DNA from: Callorhinchus milii
Lineage: Eukaryota
Length of the DNA stretch: 64,000 bases
NCBI RefSeq assembly: GCF_018977255.1
Contig: NW_024704742.1
Location: 23,128,001 to 23,192,000 of the forward strand
Direction of reading: 5' to 3'
Made by a program: the position numbers and the translations under genes. The notes below the pieces were generated by a model. It searched no databases. It saw only the letters and a program-made list of their open reading frames with translations, and was not told the origin of the DNA. Every line of letters begins with the position of its first letter. Within the stretch, counting starts at the first letter, position 1. This document shows, in pieces, positions 1-12,928 of this stretch.

Positions 1-305
1 AAAATAAAATATGGTAATATAAAAGGCTGCAATCTTACCCCATTCATTGCAACTCGTCAGACCTCATTATTACAACCTCAATCGTTTAGATGCTTCTTGG
101 AATTCGAGCTTCTCAACCATCCTCAATGGAAGTTCACTGAGACAGGGGAAGATGTTTGTTGTAACAAGAAACTTGTCATAACAAAGTATATTGTAACAAG
201 GTTTGAGAGTGCTGGGAAGATGATATGATCATTTCGAGTAAGTCTAGTTACAATAATGCAATAAGCATTGACTGTGATTCTGGTATGTAAAGTCACGGGT
301 CCTGT

Positions 306-445
306 AATAATAATAATAATTCTTACATTTGATATAGCGCCTTATCACATCTTCGAGACATCTCAAAGCGCTTCACAGAATATACTGTAAAGTGAATTGA
401 CTGTGTATTTTGTGTCCGATATGCGGGAGCCAATTGCGCACAGCT
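306..445 (-). mobile_element. 5'-truncated SINE 3' end
   Basis: Reverse complement of the SINE tail (aagcgctttgagatgtc...ggcgctatatcaaatgtaag) plus (TTA)n. Confidence 0.8.
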
Positions 446-1299
446 GTGTGGGTGGAATAATGGAAATAACTTTATTAACTTGTCATACTTCATCTCAAAC
501 TATATTTTAAATTAATTAATTTGGCAAGTGACATCCCACGATGGGATATATATACAACAATAACCATGTTTGAATAACTTAGGCCTGCTTACTTGACCAA
601 TGATTTGTGACCTCTGTACACTGCCAAAAAACCCAGAAAACTCAAGGATATTTTATTATATTATCATCTGACTGAGAAATATATTCAGAAATCATTTGGA
701 AAATAACTGGACAACTGTCAGAGATACAAAGAGAAGGAAGGGGTTGGATTAATGGGCATCTGTTCTGGGCATCTTTGTACATATTTGGGAGACTATGGTG
801 TGACAACTGTAGCAGGTGGTCAGATTCTTGTGAAACTATAAATATGCTTACTATTTTTGAAATATAAGAAATACTAAAGCAACAGGAATAGATGTTTAGT
901 TGATATTCATGATGACCAAGAGCTAGGCCAAATACCTTAGCCACACCTTCTATACCAAAGCCAGGAAAATATTCATTCTGGAAAGTCTAGGTACAGAAGA
1001 TCAGGAACTCAATTTCATTCACAAATTGAATGTATGAAGAAGTTAGTTTAGAGAAAGGTGTCATGGAAAGTCATATTACATTTTTCACACTCTACAGTGA
1101 ATAGGAGGAAGTTGAGAGACATCTGTTCATTGAGGTAGAAGATTCAATTGTTTTGCAAAAGCCTTTCATCAGCACTAAGGATGATTTGAGTAAAAATATG
1201 AAAGGCTAATAATAATCCTTGCATCCGATATAACGCCTCTCACATTCGATAAATCATTTCTATTGAAAGGACTTCACAAGCTTGTTCCCTGTGTTAGCT

Positions 1300-1662
1300 C
1301 CTCGACTGATACTCCAACGCAGTGTTGCGTGAGCACTTCACTGTCAACGGTGCCATCCTTCAGATAAAATGTTAAACAAAAGTCCTATCTGCCTGTTCAG
1401 ATTTACGTAAGAACCTATGACACTATTCGAAAAGAGAACAGTTTACTTTTGGAATCCTGGCCAACAATCCTCCAGTTAAATTGAATCTTGTCTCCGCTGT
1501 GTGTAACATTGCTTCACTCCCCTGTGTGTAACAATCCTGTGTGTAGATTGGCTGCCATGTTTGCCTACAAATAGTTACCATACTGTATAGAAAACGTTCC
1601 GTGAAGTGCTTTGAAATGGTTTGATATTGCAATATCTTTTATCAAATGCAAAGATTGTTATT
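1300..1662 (+). mobile_element. Old Deu-domain SINE (SacSINE1/AmnSINE-like)
   Basis: Core ggtgccatccttcagataaaatgttaaac...gacactattcgaa...atcctggccaac, followed by the L2-type tail. Confidence 0.65.
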
Positions 1663-2039
1663 GTCATAATTATACCCTGCCTCTATCTTATTGTAAATGG
1701 TCTTTAGGATCTAACGGGTTAGTGGGTTGGAATATTTTTAGCAAATTAAAATACTGCTCTTCATCCATCAACAGTTCATGTCACAAGGTTCTATGGTTCT
1801 TTTTGTAATCAAGTAAATGGCTTCATTGGAAGACCAAACTCTGATACTTATACATTGGGTCGAATAACTTTCTACTGTCTCCTAAATTTCTAAAGTTCTA
1901 TGGTGGTGCTAGGATCAGGTCTGTTTTTTAAGGTCTCCACACCTCCCAACAGCTCTTCCAGCCTACATGCAGATGGATCTCTGCTACAGACTGTTGGGTC
2001 AGACTCTAAGTCTGCATAATGTTCCCGCCAGACCCCAAG

Positions 2040-2435
2040 GAAACCTTCATTGGCCTGTTGTATTCAAGGCCTTAATGACCCAATCCATTGGGAAGAGGTG
2101 GTTTCTGCACTGTGGAGCCTTGCTCATGGCAAGCGTGGACCGCATTAATGCTGAGTTCCTAAAAGCTGCTCTGGGGGGAGGGTGGGAATGACGGAAAATG
2201 GTGAGGCTCTTATAGACCCAAGCCAGGAACCTCCAAGTCACCTTGGAGCTTCCCTCCCAGTGCTGCTCCTTGTCAACAGGATTCTCTCTGAGACATGCAG
2301 CCCATCAGTGTTCCAGAGTGCAATTGTGGTGTCTATCCACAAGAAGGGTGACCCTAGTGAAACCAATAACAACAGAAGGACCTCATTAATTTCAGTGGCT
2401 CTTAACATGGTGCTTTGGGTATTCATTATATGTGA
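2040..2435 (+). mobile_element. Degenerate non-LTR retrotransposon RT fragment (RTE/RTE-X-like)
   Basis: Across a frameshift: VDRINAEFLKA...LLLVNRILSE..PSVFQSAIVVSIHKKGDPSETNNNRRTSLISVAL, matching RT N-terminal motifs (DGIxAE, IxKKGD, NYRxISL). Confidence 0.65.
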
Positions 2436-2519
2436 ATCGCACGCATTGACCACAGAAAGCCTTGCTCTATTGCTGACAGCCACAGATTAGCAACAGCATC
2501 AATATGTTAATTCAGGTAT

Positions 2520-2772
2520 TTTTCCTTTGTTTATCTCGCAGTAAGTAGGAACCCGGTTGCAAGTTGATTGGCGGATCGCTTTCAGGGGATAATAATTCCT
2601 TCAAAAAAATAATAATTTGGTCACTTACTCCATGACTGTTTGTGGGACACAATTGGCGTTTCGCCCACAAAATACAGTCACTACACTTTATAGTATATTC
2701 TGTGAAGCATTTTGAGACGTCTTGAAGATGTGATAAGGTGCTATATCAAATGCAAGGATTATTATTATTATT
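2520..2772 (+). mobile_element. 5'-truncated SINE, long-middle subfamily
   Basis: Matches 4610-4880 (gcagtaagtaggaa...ggcggatcgct) and ends in aaatgcaagga(tta)n. Confidence 0.8.
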
Positions 2773-3756
2773 GGAGGCTCGCCTTTTGATTAGGCAGGAA
2801 CAGACTGGCTTCTGTTCATGTGAGGAATGCGTGGACGAGCTGTAGCTTTTAATGAGATTGCAGAATGTCGTAATGCTAAAGGGAAACCAGCTATGTTGTG
2901 TTAGGCATTCAACCTAGTACTTCATAAAGCACTTGTGATGAAACTGGAAGCCATGAGAATACATGGCCAAAGGGCAAAAGTCATCAAGCTACAAAAGTAG
3001 AATTGGAATAAACGAGTGCCCCACAAGAGGCAAGAAAAGAGACTGAATGCAAAAGTAAAAATGACTGCAGTTTATTTCAAACAGATGAAAACAATACACG
3101 TACAACAGTACAGACTTGTATTTTCTTTACACAGAACAAGAACCATACTGCCATTAGTTATCCTGACTGAACATCATTGCAGCATTCTGATCATGTGAAA
3201 AGATGAAGGCAGCACATATATTGGGATTTAATTTGTAGTACAATAATAATAGCAATTTACATTTATATTGCATCTTTCACATTAGGACATCTCAAAGCGC
3301 TTCACACAGAGAGCTTCACACAGTACTGAGTATCTTAACAAGGATTTCTAATTGAATTCCCATGATTAAATTGGAATCGAGTTTCCCCGGAAAGCGGAAA
3401 AGAGGTTTTATTTGCACGATTTGGATTCCTCATTAAGGAATTCCATCAAGGAATGTTGCAAATTGATCCCTATAATTACAAACAGCAGTGATTGGATAAG
3501 AATTCTCTTTTGTTTCAGGTAAAACAAAATATACAAATTAACCATAGGTCTATGGTAATGCCAATGTCAGTTGTTTTAAATATATTGCACTTAGAATTTG
3601 AGGTTGGTTGGGGTTTTGTGTGCATTAATTTGCATTGGCTAGGCGGGTTTGAGAGTGGCAGTTACATGAAGAATCTCTGCAAATATGGCATGCTGGAACA
3701 GGGCCACATCTGCCTAAAAGGCCAATAAAGGAGCACATTGATGGCCCTCCACTTTC

Positions 3757-4090
3757 AACCACAACAACAAATAATAATTGCATTTATATAGTGCCTTTCA
3801 CATCATGAGGATGTTCCAAGGTGCTGGACAGTGAAGGGTTTGCATCCAATCTGGGAGTTGGAGTCAAGAGATGTAGAGAGCAAGGGGAACGGAGGTGGGA
3901 ATATGGGTGAAGGCACAGTTAAAGAGGAAGATCTTGATTCGGGACTTAAAGGAAGTAAGGAAGAAGATGAGGCAGAGGGGCTCTGGGATGGAGTTTCAGA
4001 GGGTGGTGGCGGAAAGGCTGAAGGGCCAATGCTAGGGCAGGCAAGGTGGGGGCTAGGAACAGGCCAGTGCCCGCCAAGCGGAAGGAGGAA
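3757..4090 (-). mobile_element. L2-clade LINE 3' end, degenerate
   Basis: Reverse-complement L2 tail (caacaac...gcatttatatagtgcctttcacatc...ccaaggtgctggacag). Confidence 0.7.
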
Positions 4091-4502
4091 ACTTTCAGAA
4101 GATTAGCCTTCAGCAGATTTTGAGCTTGAATGATCATGTCTCAGAGCTGTCACCTTGCAAACATTTCTCTACTGAAAGCAAGTTAAATTCTGGCAACATC
4201 TCTTCATACCCTATACATTCCAATCCTGGAACTATTGTTCAAGTTCTCAGATACCCATCTAATGCATCAATTCCTATTCCATCTTCTGCACTGTATAGAA
4301 GGCTTTCTGTGTCATAACTGAGCAGCACTTTCTAGTAGGTTCTAGTGCTATATTGTACCCATTGATCTTTCAAACTCAAATGCCACATTTCTTGTTTGAT
4401 TATGTGCTGACTCTAGTTTAGAGAGTTCTCTGAAACTCAATCCCCATATCTCTCTGTCACACTTTGAAAACCCTTCCTAAAAACTATCTCTTTTGGTCAT
4501 CT

Positions 4503-4880
4503 TGGAGTCCTGTAGCTTAGTGGTTGGAGCACTTGCCTAACAAGTGAGAGACCTGGGTTCGATTCCTGCCCGAGCGAAATGTTAGGCAAGTTTCCTTACA
4601 CCACATGGCCCTGTTTACCTAGCAGTAAGTAGGAAGCTGGTTGTTAGTCAATTGGCGGATCGCTTTTCCGAGGGTAATAATTCCTTCAAAAATAATAATA
4701 ATAATAAATTGGTCGCTTCACTCCACAACTGTTTGGGGGACACTGCTGTGTGCAATTGGTTGCCGCATTTTGCCCACAAAATATACAGTTCATTCAATTT
4801 ACAGTATATTCTATGAAGCGCTTTGAGACATCTTGAAGATGTGTTAAGGCGTTATATCAAATGCAAGGATTATTATTATT
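4503..4880 (+). mobile_element. Full-length tRNA-derived SINE, long-middle subfamily
   Basis: A box tagcttagtgg, B box ggttcgattcc, body, L2-like tail and (TTA)n. Confidence 0.88.
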
Positions 4881-5150
4881 GCCGAATACTTGTTGGCCTT
4901 CCCAACTCCTCCCTCCACAGACTGCAGATAATCCAGAACTCTGCAGCCCGTGTCCTCTCCCACATCAAACTCTGTGACCCCATCTCCCCCATTTTCGCCC
5001 GACTCCATTGGCTCCCTATCCTTTAGATGATCCAGTTCAAGATCCCGGTCCTCACCTGCAAAGCCCTCCATGGCCTCGCCCCACCCTCGCCTTGGGACGT
5101 CCTCCCAATGTAAAAGGCGCTATACAAATGTAATCTTGTTGTGTTATTAT
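4881..5150 (+). mobile_element. L2 LINE 3' fragment with internal deletion
   Basis: LVGLPNSSLHRLQIIQNSAARVLSHIKLCDPISPIFARLHWLP (L2 ORF2 C-terminus) joined directly to the tail. Confidence 0.85.
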
Positions 5151-5710
5151 TATCTTTCCCCTTCCCCCTAACATTGCTGGGTCGATCACTTCCCAACATG
5201 ACTCAATAATACACACCATCCCTGCAAAATGCTTAAAAGACATGATTCTTTGTGAAAGACACTATATAAGGGCAAGTTGTCATTGTTGAACCATGATTAT
5301 TGCAGCTGTTGGTGTCTTAAGATAGTGCTGGGGATATGTTAAGTCATTAGAGTTTAGAAATTCCATGATTACCATTGATTTGTAAGTGAAGCATTTACAA
5401 CAAAATGACTCTCTGAAGTGTCTTAATGCTTGCACATCAGGAAGTCATTCCCTTAATTCTTTGAGCTTCTTCATTACACATGCTTCACTGACGTTTACAT
5501 TTGTTACAGATTCCTGAGCCAGTTTGATCTTGGATTTGCGATTTTGAAAGCTGGAATGAAATAATTAATATGGTATCTGTACCTTTTCTGATATTGCACA
5601 ATATTTCTATGTCATAATACTGTAAAGATCTATTTTCCTTTTTACAAATCTGCCAATTTCTTACTTGGGTTAAATAATTTAATTTGACCTTTCTGGCTGC
5701 TCTTACCTAC

Positions 5711-6151
5711 CTTCAGAGGATCCAGTTCAGCATCCTGGTCCTCATATACAAAGCCCTCCATGGCCTCGCCCCACTCTACCTCTGCAACCTCCTAACCCCC
5801 TACCAACCCACCCGTTCCCTCCGCTCCGCCGGCTCTGGCCTGCTCCACGTCCCCCGACCCACCAGCCCGACCATTGGCGGGAGGGCCTTCAGCTACTCTG
5901 CCCCCAACCTCTGGAATTCCATTCCCCAATCACTCCACCTCACCCCCTCCTTAGCCTCCTTCAAGTCCTGCATCAAGACCCTCCTCTTCGACCATGCCAT
6001 CGGTCACTCTCTCTTCCCCTCCCCTCCCTTCCCCCCTTCCCACCCCGACCCCAGTTCAAGTCTGAAATGTTGCACTCTGTCCAGTACCTTGGGACGTCTC
6101 CCGATGTGAAAGGCGCTATACAAATGTAATCTTGTTGTTGTTGTTGTTGTT
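5711..6151 (+). mobile_element. L2 LINE 3' end
   Basis: RIQFSILVLIYKALHGLAPLYLCNLL..YQPTRSLRS..GGRAFSYSAPNLWNSIP, with (TTG)n tail. Confidence 0.9.
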
Positions 6152-7289
6152 CATGTAGGAAGGATGTCTCAAGATGCTTTACAGGATGTACAAAGATTTA
6201 CAAAGTATGTACAACACATTTACAAAGTATGTGCAATGTGACGAGTACTCAAGGGGCAAGGTTCATTGTTATATGAAGTGCATTCTAGAGCCACTTTTCA
6301 AAAGCTATTCATCACCATAAATGTCCCAGTAACTCAATGCCTCAGAAGATATATTTTATGGTACATGATGTTGTTCATATCAAGCTAACAGAGGGGTAAT
6401 TGCAGCATTACTGATGGGAAACAAAAACACCAGAGGGACCTTTATAACCTGAGTGGTTCAATGTGTTCTTACAAAAATGTAAAATGGTATTATTATTCTT
6501 TGAAAAATGGGAGAAGCTTTCTCTTTACTGGATTTGAGCACCTTTGGATAATAATAATAATCCTTGCATTTGTTATAGTGCCTTATTACATCATCAAAGT
6601 GCTTCACAGAATATTCTTTAAAGTGAACTGACTATACTGCTTGGACTATATTTTGATGAACAAAGTATACGTACAGTAAACAGGGACATTTCTTAAACAG
6701 CAATCCATTGCTTTGTATGATGCACATATTGGGACACTGCTGTGCGCAATTGGCTGCCATGTTTCGCCCACAAACATAGTCTATCACTTTACATTCTGTG
6801 AAGCACTTTTAGATATCTAGTAGATGATTATTAATATTATTATTGTTGTCTGTAGTTGGGATATATATGGTATACTGTTAACCTGAGTGTCATGAGAATG
6901 ATTCAAAGTGCTCGATGTTAAAGGGTAAGAGCATTATTACATACTCTAGGTCACTTCCATTACCCCTGAGGCAATACTTTGCCAATTATAGTCTGATCAC
7001 TGGTGATGATATTTGCTTTATTGCACCCATGAGGATTTATTTTGGAACCTGGACACTTGAAGAGTTATCACATTTTTCTAGTTTATCGACCATTTAGCCA
7101 GTCAGGACTTCCAGATCAATCTGAGACATAAACCTAGCATTAAAATATCAAAAGGATTGGTTGATCAGACACCCCCCCCCCCATTGTGAAAACAAAACAA
7201 ATTAATTAATTTGTTATATTTTGTTGCTCATAAAGAAAATATTTCTGCCCTTCCCACCACCCCACCCAATGCTCTCCTCTTCAAAGGAT

Positions 7290-7610
7290 AGTGACTTTGG
7301 TTCAGTGTAATTCTAGTCAGCAGTCAAATGGCTATTCTTCATATACGAGTTATAGTGAGTTTCAGGAGGTTGGGAGCTATCTCAACCAAAGCCACACAGT
7401 CTTAGGATGTGCAGTTTCCAGCAGGGGTCATCGGATTGCCGTCAAGAGCAGGAACACTGGCTGATGTTATTTCCCCTGTTCCAGTCCATTGGCCATTTAT
7501 AGCAACCCTGCCACCACCACTACATTGGCATGGATCAGGGATTGAAGTTGAGACTTTCCTGATTTGCATACTGTGCACTAAACCATTAGAAGAACTACTG
7601 GGAGATGCTT
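7290..7610 (-). mobile_element. Ancient SINE-like repeat; a related copy probably lies at ~15700-15935
   Basis: Degenerate tRNA-like head on the minus strand and weak similarity between the two loci, judged by eye. Confidence 0.35.
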
Positions 7611-8599
7611 GATTCAGAATCCGAAGATGCTCAAGGGGGTATTTTTCCAGATAGAAAAGATTAAGACGCACTCACCCATCAAGGTCAGTAGATTTCATGT
7701 CCAGCAGAAAAATCATGCCCTAGGTATTTAGTCACTGAATATTCATCCCAACATGAAGGGCACTAGACATATCAGAAGCAATAATGTGATGCAGATGGTG
7801 TTAGGTTTCTTCTTCAGATTTGGTATAAATATTACATTAAAAGGCATTTATATTTCATTATTATCATTTATTTTAATGAGGGTTAGCAGGAGTGCTATGT
7901 AACATTAGTGAAATAGAACATCTGTGCAGGTGGAGTCGCACATAATGAGAGATCAACATATATAAGTGAATCCAATTAATAAACTGTGGCACAGGGTATA
8001 TTTTTCAGGCAACCTGTATATCCATACTTGGATTCTAAATGTATTTAGATCTCAAGTATGGGTCTAAAATTGGTCATTCACCCATGGCTGTTGTGGCCAT
8101 TGTTGTGCACAACTGTGTTGCCACGTTTGCCTATAGTCACCCCATTCCACAGAATATCATGTTAAGCACTTTGAGACTTCCTTCTGACGTGATAAGGCGC
8201 TATACCAAATGCAAAGATTATTATTATCATTATTCCATATGTGTGAGAATGAACTTACTAAATATGGATTAATAGTGTGTAAGATAGTAAGCGAAGGGAA
8301 CTCAAACAACTGAATAAAAAATTGGACTGAAAAAATCTACAATGTATGATGTATTAATTGCCACATAGTTGATAAATCCATCCAGTCACTGTGTTAAATT
8401 ATTCACTGGTCTGCTGGAGGTGCCCCCCACCCACGGTGAAATATTCTATTTCGCCAGTTTAACACAGCCACATTGATGTTCAGAATGTTTGAAATTCCTA
8501 TTTTGACATTGTCCTCAGTATATGAATAATCTAATGTATGGACATTTTCTGATTTTTCCACTTCGATTTAATCAAAATCAACACACTGGAAAACCTTGG

Positions 8600-9385
8600 T
8601 GTTCTTATAATAGCAGGATGCACTGATACCCAATGAAGAGTATAACATTTTAAATGGGATTAAAAAAGTAAACCCAAACAATAAGATGCACCAAGAACGT
8701 TGAAAAATAGGATCTAGGTTTAGAGTTGTAAAGGGAAATTTGAGACAAATATCAGGAGGATTTTCTTTACTCAGAGGGTAATTAACAACAACAACAACAT
8801 GATTACATTTGTATAGCTTCTTTCACGTGGGGAGGACATCCCAAGGCGCTGGACAATGTACAGCATTTCAGACCCGAGCTGGGGTCAGGGAGGAAGAAGG
8901 GAGGGGAGGGGAAGGGGAGTGACTGATGGTATGGTTGAAGAGGAGGATTTTGAGGAAGGACTTGAAGGAGACTAAGGAGGGGACGAGCGGAGTGATTGTG
9001 GGATGGAATTCCAGAGGTTGGGGGCAGAGTGGCTGAAGGCTCTTCCACCAATGGTGGGGCGGGTGGGTCGGGGAACATGGAGCAGGCCAGAGCCGGCTGA
9101 GTGGAGGGAGCGGGAGGGCTGGTAAGGGATTAGGAGATCGCAGAGGAAGGGTGCGGCGAGGCCATGGAGAGCTTTGTAGGTGGGGACCACGATCTTGAAC
9201 TGGATCCTCAGAAGAATAGGGAGCTAATGGAGTCGGGCAAGAATGGGGGAGATAGGGTCACGGAGTTTGATGCGGGAGAGGGCACGGGCTGCAGAGTTCT
9301 GGATTATCGAAGCCTGTGGAGGGAGGAATTGGGAAGGCCGAAAAACAGGGCGACTGGAACAGGTGGCCAAGAGAGGTGGTTGTAA
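8600..9385 (+). mobile_element. CR1 LINE 3' fragment, split by an L2 insertion
   Basis: tttctttactcagagggtaattaac (FFTQRVIN) at ~8762-8787 resumes as gactggaacaggtggccaagagaggtggttg at 9352. Confidence 0.7.
8785..9350 (-). mobile_element. L2 LINE 3' end nested in CR1
   Basis: Minus-strand IIQNSAARALSRIKLRDPISPILARLH and YKALHGLAAPFL..GGRAFSHSAPNLWNSIP, with (CAA)n tail. Confidence 0.9.
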
Positions 9386-9883
9386 GGATTGATCTTCAAC
9401 AGAAACAACACACATAAAAAGGACAATTCTGCTCACAATCATAGGTAAAGTTCTTCAGCTTCCCTTGTCTGTCCCAGGGCTTACAGGTGACAAGCCCTTG
9501 ACTCATGATTCATATATAAATTTCTGGAGGCTGTGAAGCGTGGATTCAATTGCATGCATAAGAAATGAGCTTATTAAAAAATGTTTTACACCATTACATG
9601 CGTGATTCACACAGCAGGTTGTGTCTAGTCACATGTGTAAATCCAGCAGTCCTCTTCCTTACTATCCTGCTGTGTTGACATTCAGAACTGCACTGAGTCA
9701 GCTGAGGATCACCTTAATGGCAGACTAAGTGCATTTCAATTGATATGGTAGCATATCAAATGTAAGGATTATTATTATTAATAAGAATCCTTACATTTGA
9801 TATAGTGCCATATCACGTCAAAATGGCTCAAAGAGCTTCACAGAGATTTTTTGTGTAAAGTACAGTGTTTGTATATTTGTATG

Positions 9884-10535
9884 ATAATCCTTGCATTTGA
9901 GGTAGTGCCTTATTAAATTGTTGAGACGTCTTAAAGAGCTTCACAGGATATACTGTAAAGTGTCAAGACTGTGTATTTTGTGTGCAAATGCAGCAGCCAA
10001 CGTGCACACAGCAATTTCCCGCAACAGTCATGGAGTGAATGACCAATTTTATTTGGGAGATTGTTGGCCAAGATGCCAAGACAAACTTCCTTCCCTTTTC
10101 AATTAGTGCCATGGGACCTTAAATCCACCTTGACATGCAGAAGGAATCTTGGTTTAACATCACATATGAAGGACGGCATATCCGAAAATGCAGCAAACCC
10201 CTAGTACTGGAATGAAGTGCCAGAATAGACTATATAAATTCCAGGTCCTGATATAGGGCTTGAACCTACAACCTTCTGACCAGAGATGAGATGTTACAAA
10301 CTGAGCCATGCTTGTAGGCAGCTAATTTGCACACAGCAATGTCCTACCAACAGCCATGAAGTGAATGTTGTTATTTTATATCTGGGGGATATCTGGCCAG
10401 GACACTGAGAGAAATTACCTTCCCTTTTTAAGTAGTGCCCTGTTATCTTTTAAATCCACCTGTAAAGACATACAGGAATACATACAACGGACAACATCTC
10501 CGACAATGTAACAAGCCTCATGCACTGAAGTGTCT
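9884..10535 (-). mobile_element. Two adjacent Deu-domain SINE copies
   Basis: tagtgccatgggaccttaaatccacc...ggtttaacatcacatatgaaggacggc, head gcttgaacctacaaccttctgac; core repeated at 10320-10535. Confidence 0.7.
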
Positions 10536-12469
10536 ATACTACTCTTAAAGAAACAATTTGAAGAGCTGAAAGTTCCTCTTGACATTTCAAAAGGCAGTTA
10601 ACATTGTGTAATCTGAAAATAGAAACATTATGTAAATATTTCAGAGATTGTTGAGGTAATGTTTGGCTGGTGATATTTTGTACATCAAATTGTTTCTCTG
10701 TAAAATTATTTATTCTTGCCATTCATGATTTAATGATGAAAGGAATGATGTGAATATAACTTAATTTAACTTTTAAGCAGTTTACAAACCAGCTGTTTTG
10801 GATGAATTTACTCCTGTTTTTGAGATACAATCCATCCTTCTGTGTCCCTTGCCTTTTATTCTTCCATTTGATGTTTGCTTTAAAGTAAGGTCATTGTGAT
10901 CTTTCAACCTGACATATGCCCATTGAATAGTTTATTGTGGTATCCATCCCATTAATAAGGGAGGTATATACTGTACTATATGTAGATCACAAGATTAGTT
11001 TGGATAAAAAAGGCTATTTTACCCATTTGATCTTATTGATCGTTTCGTCCACAAAATATATAGTCAATTCACTATTCTATGAAGCCCTTTGGGATATCTT
11101 GAAGATGTGATAAGGCGCTATATCAAATGCAAGGATTATTATTATTATTATTGATATTATTCTTTCCAGAATATCGATCCTCTCATTACAGCATTAAGCT
11201 GTTTCTTAAATTAGTACAATGTCCTGGCCCGAACCGCCCTTCCTGGCACTCTGTTCTAGTCGTTAATTACTTTCTGGGTGAAGGTACTTGGGAAGAAATG
11301 GTCATAGGGGGTAAGGTTTTCCAAATTGGATTAAAAGTTTTAACATGATCCAGTTAACTTGATGGGATGAATGGCCTTCTCTTCTCTGTTTCTGTGTGGT
11401 CCTACTTTAATATGTGGCTCTGCCTTAACCATACTTACATATTAATGTATCATATAATTGGAATTATATCATAATATCATTTTACAAATTTTCACCCCAT
11501 AGCCATTAACAAAATGCTAATTTTACATTTAAAAAAATGTTCATTCCTGTTGATAGTACAATTTACTGACAAAATGTTATGTTGTCGAATATTAACACTA
11601 TCTAGCACATGAAGGATCCATTCCTTTATCACTTTAATTCCTTATAATGAGGAACTGTAGAACACACATTACTATTAATGCAATCTTCATTTCAAAGAGA
11701 AATTACTTTTCTCTTTTGCAGCCTGCTTCCAGATGCTGACTGGTTGCATTTAAATTCCTCCAATGTCTGAAGATTGCAATCATAGTATGTGGGTTTTGTG
11801 GGGATGATTTTGCCCACAAAATATACAGTGAATTCACCTTATAATATATTCTGTGAAGCGCTTTGAAACGTCTCGAAGACGTGATAAGGCGCTGTATCAA
11901 ATGCAAGGATTACTATCATTATTATTACTATTATTGCAGTAGTAGTGGTTTATTGTGGTGAATCCAAGATAGATTGAAGGTTGCCCCAAATCATAGGCTT
12001 AAATTCGTGTGCATCACGACATGATCGTACTGTTGAGTGCCCTCAATTTCACAGGATAAACCCTTACATAAAAACAAATGCAACGTCGTCAGGGGAATTG
12101 CGTGCTGTGGCAGCTTGTGTGAGGCTGCCATGCAGTCATTTGAGCCACCAGGAGGCTTGTGAGAGACTCTGAGACCCTGAGGAAGGAAGGCCAGTCTGGG
12201 GGGGTGGGGGCTGTGCAGAGGGTACCCTCCCCACACTGCGGCTCAGCCCTGGGCTCTGCTGCTGCTGCTGCTGCTGCTGTGGGCGAGTGGTTGGGGAGAC
12301 ACCAGCAACAGCCACACACACTGACTGTCACACAGACACAGACGTCTGATCTCTTCTTTTCCCTTCTGCAAATGAACGACAGGAGGCTGTCAGGATTCTC
12401 TTAACCCCCCCCTCCCCCCCACCAACCCCTTCTCATCTCCTCCTCTTTTTTGTTAACCAAAAAAAACAC

Positions 12470-12542
12470 AGAGAAGGAGAAGAAGCAGAAGCAGAAGAAG
12501 AAGAAGAAGAAGAAGAAGAAGAAGAAGAAAAAGAAGAAGAGG
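12470..12542. repeat. (GAA)n microsatellite / polypurine tract
   Basis: gaagaagaag... run read directly. Confidence 0.95.
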
Positions 12543-12698
12543 TCAATCAATCACTGAGCTACACTGCAGTCAGTGCATTGCTCTGCTGTGTGTGTGGTGT
12601 GTGTGTGTGTGTGTCTGTCTGTCACTTTGAAGCTGGGATCAGATCGATTTGCTCTTTCTTTCTCTCATTCTCTCTCTCTCTCTTTCTCTTTCTCATTC

Positions 12699-12730
<32 letters not shown>

Positions 12731-12770
12731 GGCTCCAACCAGCATTGTGGACCACATCAGAACAGCTCAG

Positions 12771-12848
12771 CATCCTCCACCATCACCTCCTCCTCCATCA
12801 CCTCCTCCTCCATCACCTCCTCCTCCATCACCTCCTCCTCCATCCCCG
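12771..12848. repeat. 15-bp tandem repeat (CCTCCTCCTCCATCA), about 4-5 units
   Basis: Read directly. It explains the PPPSP and HHLLL low-complexity ORFs. Confidence 0.9.
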
Positions 12849-12889
12849 CCTCCTATTGCAGTTTGATTTCCAGACCAATTTCACAGGCA

Positions 12890-12928
<39 letters not shown>

